UHGV virus genome: UHGV-0123226
Source of the DNA: a virus
DNA length: 64,000 nucleotides
Strand: one strand, 5' to 3'
Shown: positions 37,015 through 45,131 of the stretch, piece after piece
Layout of the letters: every line of letters starts with the position of its first letter
Position numbering within the stretch: position 1 is the first letter of the stretch
Made by a program: the position numbers and the translations under genes
Notes under the pieces: generated by a model
What the model was told of the DNA's origin: nothing
Seen by the model: the letters and a program-made list of their open reading frames with translations, nothing else
Databases searched by the model: none

Positions 37015-37928
37015 GTATTTTACCACCAAACAAACCACAAACTCCAAAAGATACACCACGTAATTATTTTATCTGGGGGCCTACTATGGGTGGGAAATCT
37101 TTTCTAGCTTCACAATTTCCAAACCCAGTTATTTTTAACACTGATGGAAATGCAGAAGCAAACACTGTGCCATCCGTTCAGCTTAGAAATATTAAAGATT
37201 CAAACGGAAAGATTAAACGTTCAGTGATTGATCAGCTAGATAAATTAATTACTGCGTTACAGACTGAAAAACACACTTACGAAACAGTGGTTCTTGATGT
37301 AATTGACGATATTGTAGTAATGATAGAGCAATATATCTGTGACAAAGAAGATGTTGAAACTTTAGGTGATATTCCATACGGAAAAGGGTACGCAGCATTT
37401 ACTAACATTTTTCAACAGCTGGTCATTGAATTGAAATCATTACCAATGAATGTTATCTACATTTCAAGAAATGCGACAAAACTTGAAGGGACTACAGAAA
37501 TTGAGATTCCCTCATTGAAAGAAAAACATCAAAATATTGTAAATGGTAATTGTGACTTATCTATTCAATGTAAAAAAGTTGGAAAGAATTATATTCGAGT
37601 AGCAAAAGCACGTCGCAAAGACTATATGCGTGATCAAGTTGATGATGACACCATTCTAGGAATTTTAGATACTATCACTGGAGTTTTTGGACGAACAGCA
37701 AAAACAACGAAGAAAAAGCAAGATGAAATCGTTAAGCAATTAGAGCAAAACGAAGATGTCTTGAAATCAGCAGAAGATACACCCAGTGAAAAAGCAACTG
37801 ATGAAGTTAGTGAAACTAAGCCAACTAAACAAAAGGCAAAAGCGACAGCACCAGTTAATCAAGCGGCATCTAAAGTGGAACCAGCAAAAACAGCGAGTGT
37901 TCAACGCCGTATCAAACCAAAAATTTAA
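37011..37928 (+). CDS. RecA-like/AAA ATPase (Sak4-like recombination partner of the exonuclease)
   Basis: Walker A (YFIWGPTMGGKSFLA) and Walker-B-like (VVLDVIDD) motifs. Confidence 0.5.
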   Translation: MSILPPNKPQTPKDTPRNYFIWGPTMGGKSFLASQFPNPVIFNTDGNAEANTVPSVQLRNIKDSNGKIKRSVIDQLDKLITALQTEKHTYETVVLDVIDDIVVMIEQYICDKEDVETLGDIPYGKGYAAFTNIFQQLVIELKSLPMNVIYISRNATKLEGTTEIEIPSLKEKHQNIVNGNCDLSIQCKKVGKNYIRVAKARRKDYMRDQVDDDTILGILDTITGVFGRTAKTTKKKQDEIVKQLEQNEDVLKSAEDTPSEKATDEVSETKPTKQKAKATAPVNQAASKVEPAKTASVQRRIKPKI

Positions 37929-37978
37929 AAGACAACAAAAAAATAAAACTAAAAATATATTGAAAAGAGGAATTTAAC

Positions 37979-38491
37979 ATGGGATTAAAAGATTTAGCAA
38001 GTGAAGTATTAGCAGGATTCGATCCAAAAACAGACAATCCAAATGCAGGAGATTTTGATGGACTTCCTGATGGTGAATATGATGTAACGTTGGGAAATGT
38101 AGAGCATAAAATTTTCAATAGTGGCTGGGAAGCTTTGTCTTTCACAAATGAAGTCACTATTGGTGAAGCTGCAGGACGAAAGGAATTTATTAACTTAGGT
38201 TTTGATGAAAATGCAGTAAAACCATTTATTTTAAATAAAAACATCAAATTAGTAGGGAAACTGGCAAGCGTTGTTGGTTTGCAATTGACTGATGATGATT
38301 GGGAAGATGAAGAAACACTTGCCGCAGCTTTTCAAGATGTAATCGGTAGTCAATATATTTTAGTGATTACCTCATCACCAAATAAAAAAGACCCATCAAA
38401 ACCATATAAAAATTATGATTTTGTTGCGTATGAAGATGAATCAGAAGCCGATGATGTGTCTGTTATTTCTGATGAAGAAATTCCATTTTAA
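37979..38491 (+). CDS. acidic protein with SSB-like C-terminal tip (…SDEEIPF)
   Basis: 170 aa, very acidic; the C-terminus mimics the SSB DDDIPF protein-interaction tail; follows the exonuclease/ATPase pair. Confidence 0.35.
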   Translation: MGLKDLASEVLAGFDPKTDNPNAGDFDGLPDGEYDVTLGNVEHKIFNSGWEALSFTNEVTIGEAAGRKEFINLGFDENAVKPFILNKNIKLVGKLASVVGLQLTDDDWEDEETLAAAFQDVIGSQYILVITSSPNKKDPSKPYKNYDFVAYEDESEADDVSVISDEEIPF

Positions 38492-38515
38492 AAATTAGGA
38501 AAGAAGGATTTTATT

Positions 38516-39326
38516 ATGAGCGAAAACAAATTAGTTGGTTTAGGAATTGGTGCAGTAGTTGTATTAGGTTTAGGGACAGTAGGAGCGTTTAAATTCTTTG
38601 AAAAAATTGATAATGGCTATGTAGGTGTCCGCTACTCAATGAATGGCGGTGTCCGTGATGAAGTACTTACGCAAGGGGTAAAATTTGTAGGACTTGATAA
38701 AGTTACTCAATATCCAATTCGTTTACAAACGATCCAAGCAAAAGATGTTTCAGTTTCAACATCTGATGGTAAAAAAAACAACGGTAAATATTAAATATGA
38801 TTACAAAATCGATGCAACAAAAGCTGCAAAAATGTACAAAGAATTTGGCAATATTACCAGTGAAGATATTGAAAAAGGCTGGCTAAAATCAAAGCTACAG
38901 AAAGAAGCTCGTGAAGTTTATTCAAAATATAGCTTGCTTAGTGTCTTATCAGGCGATTCTTCAAAAGTGGAAGCTGCTTTATTGGAAAACTTTTCTAAAG
39001 CTGTAGAAAGCAAAGGTTTTGAAGTAGAAGATGTCACAGTGGGTGTACCAGAAGTAGATACTGACACACAAAAATCGATTGATGCGATTATCCGAGCTGG
39101 TCAAGAAAATGAAAAAGCAAAATTAGATGCTGAGACAGCAAAAACGCAAGCAGACAGTGAAGCATATAAGAAAACTAAAGCAGCCGAAGCAGAGGCAGAA
39201 GCGAACAAAAAAGTAGCTGAATCAGTAACAGATGAATTGATTCGCTATACAGAAGCGCAAGCACGACAAAAACATGGCTGGGTTACAACAAATGGAGCCA
39301 ATACAGTAGTTAAAGAAGGAAACTAA
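38516..39326 (+). pseudogene. SPFH/band-7 (prohibitin-like) membrane protein gene interrupted by a frameshift in an A8 tract (38771-38778)
   Basis: The N-terminal ORF (TM helix plus the start of the SPFH domain) ends right after AAAAAAAA. The downstream frame continues the SPFH domain (KKTTVNIKYDYKIDATKAAKMY...). An A7 tract would give a single ORF of about 270 aa. Confidence 0.6.
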
Positions 39327-39471
39327 AATGGCGTTTTTTCTAATTAAGATATTTATTGCTTTAGGAATAGTAGTCACGTTAGGGATAACGTGGCTGCTCT
39401 TAAAGCCATTTATAAGTGATAAAAAAGACGATGAGGATCGTTGGGATAATTTTTAGAAAGGGGCTTGGCCA

Positions 39472-41034
39472 ATGTTTACTTTTTACTGGTTATACCAAAA
39501 TAAAAATGATTGGCTGGCAGTTTTCAAAACAGATAACATGTATACTATCGCAAATGACAGAGAGAGCCTAACACAGGCTCTTTCATCTGTCACTTATCTT
39601 GTTAGCTATGGTAATCATCGTGGAACAGATAAATTTTTGGCCAAAATTTTAACTGATGGAAAAAGTTCATTTTTACAAAAACAGCTTTGTATTGATTTAA
39701 GCCAAGAAGCCAGAAATTGCACTATTGAAGAAATAGCGTTTAATTTACGTATGGATATTTCAGCGCAAACGTTAGAGGAATTTTGCAAGAAGCGAATTGA
39801 CGTATGCGAAAAGATTTTTGAAGAACGTGAAGAATATTTAGAAACAAAATTCGAGATAGTGAAAGAATTTGATTTATCGCCACGATCTGTGACAAAAACA
39901 CGTGCAAATTTAGCTGCAGAAATTTTACAAGCTAAGAAAATGCCGAAGCGCCCAAATATTTTATTTTTTGATATTGATAAAAATGTACCTAAGCATGAAC
40001 TACCTGACCGCGTGTTAAATTTCTATGAATCAATAAAAAATAATTATAAGAATACGCTAGAGGAAAAACTCAAAACGGAAAAGTTCAAAATGACATTAGC
40101 AGGGTTAACGCATATATATGGTTTTGGTGGGTTGCATGCAGCAAAAGAAAAATACAAAGGAAAAGGACATTTTTTACTTATAGATGTGAAGCAGTTCTTT
40201 CCAACTATTATTTTGAATAATAATTTTCTAAGTAGAAGTATAAAAAATCCTAGTGCTTTTTCTGATTTGTACGATAAAAAGGTTCAGACAGAAAAACTAA
40301 CTTACAAGACGTTAATTAACGCAGTGAATGGTTCAATGAATAATCCTTATTCAGCTATGTATGATCCACAAAAGTTTTTTTCAGTAACAGTTAGTGGTCA
40401 ATTAATCATTACGCATTTGATTTTGGTTTTGGAACACTTTGTTGAAGAATTAATTCAAACTAACACTGACGGCATTCTTGTAAAGATAAATCCAATCATG
40501 GAGCCGCTGATTCGGGATTTATTAAATCGTTGGTGTGAACAATTACATGTGACTGTGTCTGTCACATCAATAAAACAAGTATGGCAAAAAGCAGTTAATG
40601 ATTATGTGTTCCAAACAACTGATGGTGATTTTATTCGTAAAGGAATATTTGCACCACCTACTTATTTATCTAATAATATGCCAATTGTCAGTGCTGGTGT
40701 GTTTGCAAATGTAGTTGCTAACATCAAACCACAAGATTTTGTTATCCAGCAATTCAAAAATGGCGACATTGAAGATTTTTATTATATTGGTAAATTACAA
40801 GGCGATTTTGAACACATCGAACAAAGAGTAAATCAAACGTACAAACGAATGAATAATACTGTGTGTGGAATTGCAACCACGAACAAAAAATACGGTGGTG
40901 TTTTTCAAGTAAAAAAAGACTTACATTCAAAACTACCAGGTTCGCCAGATAAATTTTTATCTTCAAGTATAGCTACAAAAAAAGATATTGATGTTCAGTG
41001 GTATATTAACCAAATTGAAAAAAATATTTTCTAA
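39472..41034 (+). CDS. compact family-B-like DNA polymerase (motif A/B/C-like elements, no obvious exonuclease domain)
   Basis: LIDVKQFFPTII resembles PolB motif A (DxxSLYPSI), KTLINAVNGS resembles motif B (KxxxNSxYG), and QTNTDGILV resembles motif C (YGDTDS). Directly upstream of the primase-helicase. Confidence 0.35.
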   Translation: MFTFYWLYQNKNDWLAVFKTDNMYTIANDRESLTQALSSVTYLVSYGNHRGTDKFLAKILTDGKSSFLQKQLCIDLSQEARNCTIEEIAFNLRMDISAQTLEEFCKKRIDVCEKIFEEREEYLETKFEIVKEFDLSPRSVTKTRANLAAEILQAKKMPKRPNILFFDIDKNVPKHELPDRVLNFYESIKNNYKNTLEEKLKTEKFKMTLAGLTHIYGFGGLHAAKEKYKGKGHFLLIDVKQFFPTIILNNNFLSRSIKNPSAFSDLYDKKVQTEKLTYKTLINAVNGSMNNPYSAMYDPQKFFSVTVSGQLIITHLILVLEHFVEELIQTNTDGILVKINPIMEPLIRDLLNRWCEQLHVTVSVTSIKQVWQKAVNDYVFQTTDGDFIRKGIFAPPTYLSNNMPIVSAGVFANVVANIKPQDFVIQQFKNGDIEDFYYIGKLQGDFEHIEQRVNQTYKRMNNTVCGIATTNKKYGGVFQVKKDLHSKLPGSPDKFLSSSIATKKDIDVQWYINQIEKNIF

Positions 41035-41052
41035 GGCAGGTGAAAAAATAGT

Positions 41053-42906
41053 GTGTTAAATTTTATAAAATTAAGCCCAGGCGAGAAAAAGCCAGACCAA
41101 AAAAGTTTGGATGATTTCTATACTGATTTATCAAAATTAGATAACGCAGCTATTTTGTTAAACAAAGAAACAGTTGTTGTTGATTTTGATGAGTTCCCAG
41201 AAATTGGCCGTAAAATATTAGAAAAATATCCAACTATGGCTTTTGAAACCAAACGTGGTATTCACCTTTACTATAAACGACCTGTCCAAATCAATGGCCA
41301 TAAAATTTTATTAAAAAACTGGACCAAGAAATTAACGGTTTCAGGTGCGCTAGTTGATTACAAAACAGGCAATAAATCAACAGCAACAATTAAACAAAAT
41401 GGCCAACTTAGAAAAATGCATGGCACATTTGAAATGTTTGATGATCTGCCTACTTTGCCACTCGAATTATTGCCAGTGAAAGTTAAAAATGTACTTGCTG
41501 GCATGAAAGAAGGAGCAAGAAACAGTTCGCTCTATTCTCATTTGATGACAGTTCGTGAAATGTACGAACTTGATTACGATACATTAATGAAAATAGCTGA
41601 ATTTATTAATAATGATGTCTATGCAGAATCACTGCCAGCTACTGATATTCATGCATTGGTTAATTCGGTGAATGAGAAAGAAATTCGCGAACAGTTATAT
41701 CTTGATCCAAAAGACATGATTATAACGAGTGAAGCGTTGGCTAAAGAATTTCAGGTGAAGTTTTTCAATGGTTCTATTTTTCATAAAGAAGATAATTATT
41801 GGATTAACGACCAAAACAAGCTACTACGAAAAATTGATAAGCGCATAAAACTACTGCCAGCAAAATGGAAACAAATTTTAGACTTGTTAAAAATTAAAGG
41901 TGAATTGATCGAAGCTACAGATTTTCCCATTCAGTTTAGAAATAATTTCATGTTAGACGGTGCTGAAATTATTCCAATGTCAACTAAGGAATTTACGCCT
42001 TTCTTTTTAGATGTTGATTACGATCCAGATGCATATGATAAAACTGTTGATGAATTTCTGAACTTTCTCGTTTCAGATAAGAAAGATTTACGCATAATCG
42101 TTGAAGAGTTGCTTGGTCATATTTTAATGACTGCAGGTTTTCCGCATAAAGTATTTTTCTTGGTTGGCTCATCTGGGGCAAATGGAAAATCCACTTTTTT
42201 AGAAATGCTTAATTCATTTATTGGGGATTTAGGTTTAAACCTAGCATTAGAGCAATTCAATGACCAAACGTCTGTGATGGAATTAGAAGGTAAGCTTGTA
42301 AACATCGGAGATGATATTGATGCTGGCTATATGGAAAAATCGATGAATTTTAAAACATTGGCATCAGGAAACACTATTATGGTTCGTCCGATTTATTCCA
42401 AGCCATATAAATTAAAGAATAAAGCAACGTTAATTTTCACAGCAAACGAAATGCCAACGTTTAAAGATAAATCAGGTGGGATTGCTCGTCGTGTGGTGAT
42501 TATTCCATGTGAAAACAAAGTCAAAAAAGCAGACCCAAAAATTGACGAAAAATTATCGTCTGATAACGCGAAGTCTTACTTATTAAATCTTGCTTTAAAA
42601 GCTATGGAACGGATTATTAACAATGGCGGCCAACTTTCCTCTTCTGAAACTGTCGCGAAAGTCACAGAAGAATATTTTGTTGAAAGTGATTCTATTTTAA
42701 CGTTTATTCATCAATGTGGGATTGACGAGAATATGACAACAAAAGGTGTTTATGACGAATACTTGAAAACTTGTGAGGAATCTGGAAGTAAGCCATATAC
42801 ACAAACAAAATTTACGCAACGTCTTAAATCTTTGGGATATGAGAAAGCACAACGAAGAATGATGGGAAAAAAATATTACTATTATAAATTTAATGAAATA
42901 GAGTAA
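41053..42906 (+). CDS. primase-helicase: N-terminal Prim-Pol domain plus D5/P4-type SF3 helicase
   Basis: N-terminal bifunctional primase/polymerase-like region and a C-terminal Walker A (LVGSSGANGKSTF) P4/D5-type NTPase. Confidence 0.8.
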   Translation: MLNFIKLSPGEKKPDQKSLDDFYTDLSKLDNAAILLNKETVVVDFDEFPEIGRKILEKYPTMAFETKRGIHLYYKRPVQINGHKILLKNWTKKLTVSGALVDYKTGNKSTATIKQNGQLRKMHGTFEMFDDLPTLPLELLPVKVKNVLAGMKEGARNSSLYSHLMTVREMYELDYDTLMKIAEFINNDVYAESLPATDIHALVNSVNEKEIREQLYLDPKDMIITSEALAKEFQVKFFNGSIFHKEDNYWINDQNKLLRKIDKRIKLLPAKWKQILDLLKIKGELIEATDFPIQFRNNFMLDGAEIIPMSTKEFTPFFLDVDYDPDAYDKTVDEFLNFLVSDKKDLRIIVEELLGHILMTAGFPHKVFFLVGSSGANGKSTFLEMLNSFIGDLGLNLALEQFNDQTSVMELEGKLVNIGDDIDAGYMEKSMNFKTLASGNTIMVRPIYSKPYKLKNKATLIFTANEMPTFKDKSGGIARRVVIIPCENKVKKADPKIDEKLSSDNAKSYLLNLALKAMERIINNGGQLSSSETVAKVTEEYFVESDSILTFIHQCGIDENMTTKGVYDEYLKTCEESGSKPYTQTKFTQRLKSLGYEKAQRRMMGKKYYYYKFNEIE

Positions 42907-42907
42907 A

Positions 42908-43184
42908 AGCCCTACTTTTCGTAAAAAGCCCCACTTTGTCCCTACTTTTTTTACAAAAGTAGGGCTCGTGAAAACCATTGGTGTTATTGGTTTTATATAC
43001 TATTGTCCCTACTATCCCTACTTTTTTTATTACTTAAAGAAAAAAAAGAAGAATAATAGTATATATATTATATATAAGATAATCAAAAAAGTGAGGCTTC
43101 TGGGGCTTACAAGCTAAAACCATTGAGAGAGTAAGGTTTTGTATGTCCCTACTTTTAAAATAAAAGTGGGGACAAAGTAGGGAC
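42908..43184. repeat. cluster of 7 or more direct and inverted copies of (G/T)CCCTACTTT / AAAGTAGGG(A/C) (iteron-like; candidate origin or regulator binding array)
   Basis: Copies at 42908-42919, 42928-42937 (variant CCCCACTTT), 42938-42952, 42955-42968 (inverted), 43004-43026 (two tandem), 43145-43156 and 43161-43184 (two inverted). Confidence 0.7.
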
Positions 43185-43215
43185 AGCCACACTTTTTAGA
43201 ATAAGGGGTGAGAAG

Positions 43216-43635
43216 TTGAAAGACGAAACAAAAAAGAAAAAATATTTTCTTAAACGTTATCGAAACTATCTTACAAGGATCAATCGATTAGAAGAGCAGC
43301 TTGTTTCTGTAAATGAACGTTTGGTAGGTTTACAGTCAAAAGTAATGTCTGATATGCCTAGTGGAGGTTTACCAATAACAAAAGATGATTTATTGGAAAA
43401 GAAAGAAGAGCTACAGCATAGAATTGATACTTTAACAAACACATCTAAAAAAGTCAGACGAGAAATTTTAGATTGTATTGATACGCTTGATGATTTTCGC
43501 TTTGCTGAAATACTTGAAGCATATTTTATTGAAATAAAAACACTAGAAGAAATTGCGGAAGAGAAGCATTATTCAATAAGACATTGTGGTTTTCTATATG
43601 CTAAAGCTTTAGAAACAATCAATGTTAATGAGTAA
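43216..43635 (+). CDS. putative late-gene transcriptional activator (ArpU/RinA/DUF1492-like position and size)
   Basis: 139 aa between the replication and packaging modules, with a C-terminal HTH-like segment; assigned mainly by position. Confidence 0.35.
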   Translation: MKDETKKKKYFLKRYRNYLTRINRLEEQLVSVNERLVGLQSKVMSDMPSGGLPITKDDLLEKKEELQHRIDTLTNTSKKVRREILDCIDTLDDFRFAEILEAYFIEIKTLEEIAEEKHYSIRHCGFLYAKALETINVNE

Positions 43636-43792
43636 AATACTTCATTTTTATAGCATTTTTAGTTCATTTTTATAACACTTTTATCTCATGTTTATATCTA
43701 TAAAAATGAGGTACTATGATATTGTCAAAAAATATCAAAGACGGCAGCTATTCATTTAGTTGTCGTCTTTTCATTTTGAAAGGAGATAAACA

Positions 43793-44194
43793 ATGCGTGT
43801 ATTAATTAGAAGTTCAGCATCTGGTACAGAGTATTGGGATACCGAAGAAAAAAGAAATGTGTTTGTACCTAAAGGTCAAGAACCTGATTTTGAAGTTACT
43901 GAAAATCCTGAATCAATGCTAAGTAAAGAAGCTGATTTACATATTGGTGGTTTACCAATTACTGTAGGAAATGTAACGGTTGATACTGATGGAATTAAAG
44001 GTGAACGATTATTAACAACTGCAAGTGCTGATGATGAAGAACAAGATGAACTTGTTCCGTCTGATGAATCTGTTGTATTAGAAGAAATGAATGTAAAAGA
44101 ATTGCGTGAATATGCAAAACGAAAAGGTATTGAGATTCCAAGTGCTGCACGTGCAAAAGGTGACATTCTCAATATTATTAAAGAATCTGAATAA
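43793..44194 (+). CDS. hypothetical protein with C-terminal Rho-N/SAP-like motif
   Basis: MNVKELREYAKRKGIEIPSAARAKGDILNII resembles the Rho N-terminal helix-extended-helix fold. Confidence 0.3.
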   Translation: MRVLIRSSASGTEYWDTEEKRNVFVPKGQEPDFEVTENPESMLSKEADLHIGGLPITVGNVTVDTDGIKGERLLTTASADDEEQDELVPSDESVVLEEMNVKELREYAKRKGIEIPSAARAKGDILNIIKESE

Positions 44195-44568
44195 TGCGCT
44201 ATTGTCAGTTTGAAGGTTGCTCTAATACAACAGAAAAAGGGGCTTATTGTTCCGAACATGCTAGGAAGTCTAGAAAAAAGAAAAAACCAAGCAATGTTTA
44301 TCATCATGACAACAAATCATTTTATCGAACAAAAGCATGGCAAGATGTCGCTGACTTTGTCTATGAAAGAGAAAACGGCTGTTGTCAAAGGTGTGGTCGT
44401 TTTGTGTTTGGAAGGCAAGCACATCGGCATCATATAATACCAATCAAGAAGAACGAAATGCTCAAACTTGATCCAAACAATATTCGTTTATTGTGTCCAA
44501 AGTGTCATGTGATTGAGGAAAATGAAGCGGATGAGAAAAAAGTTTTTCCATCTTATTTTAAAAAATGA
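44194..44568 (+). CDS. HNH endonuclease (packaging-associated)
   Basis: CxxC...HHIIP...N...CxxCH zinc-finger HNH motif, immediately upstream of terS. Confidence 0.85.
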   Translation: MRYCQFEGCSNTTEKGAYCSEHARKSRKKKKPSNVYHHDNKSFYRTKAWQDVADFVYERENGCCQRCGRFVFGRQAHRHHIIPIKKNEMLKLDPNNIRLLCPKCHVIEENEADEKKVFPSYFKK

Positions 44569-44625
44569 AGCCCCCCTATCAAATTTGATTCAAAATTTTT
44601 GTCGGGGGATAGGGTAGGGGGCAGT
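44569..44625. promoter_or_regulatory. candidate cos site: GC-rich imperfect inverted repeat CCCCCCTATC ... GGGGGATAGGGTAGGGGGC
   Basis: Abrupt G/C runs in otherwise AT-rich DNA, located between HNH and terS as in cos-type Firmicute siphoviruses. Confidence 0.4.
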
Positions 44626-44678
44626 CACGCGTGTCGTTAGGTCAAAAATTTTAAAAATAAAAGGGGGGTGTATAAAAA

Positions 44679-45131
44679 ATGACCACAAAAGCGCAACGCA
44701 AAGCGATTATTGATGAAAAAGTTAATCACGAAAAAACGCGAATTTTAGAAATTATGCGCAAGTCTGATTTATACACTATTACTCTTGATCCATTGATTGA
44801 ATCATACTTGGATATTTTTGAAGTTTACCAATACAAATACATGCTGTGGAAAGAAAAAGGATTTCCCGAAACCCAAAAAACAACAAACAAGGCTGGAGCT
44901 ACTAACAATAGCAAGCATCCACTAGCGCAACAAGTCGAAGTTTGGGCCGATAAAAAAATGAAAGCATTGGATTTATTAGGATTGACCAATAAGTCAAAAA
45001 CAGGCAGACAAATTACTGGTGGTTCAACAGCTAGAGCAGATGAAGAAATGAAACGGCCAGAAGAAAAGCCTGTAGATGAATTGGCAGAACATCGGAAAAA
45101 ATGGCGTAAAAAGGCAGGGAATGAAACATGA
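44679..45131 (+). CDS. terS: terminase small subunit (P27 family-like)
   Basis: 150 aa, basic, overlapping the terL start, preceded by HNH. Confidence 0.7.
   Translation: MTTKAQRKAIIDEKVNHEKTRILEIMRKSDLYTITLDPLIESYLDIFEVYQYKYMLWKEKGFPETQKTTNKAGATNNSKHPLAQQVEVWADKKMKALDLLGLTNKSKTGRQITGGSTARADEEMKRPEEKPVDELAEHRKKWRKKAGNET

Noticed and set aside
37786-37977. K/Q-rich ORF 37786..37977 overlapping the 3' end of the ATPase gene
   Set aside because: It is an alternative frame of a lysine-codon-rich region of the 37011..37928 gene. It has no independent start signals.
42907-43190. CRISPR array
   Set aside because: The repeats are 9-12 nt, irregularly spaced and in both orientations, with no uniform spacers and no cas genes. 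They are iteron-like, not CRISPR.
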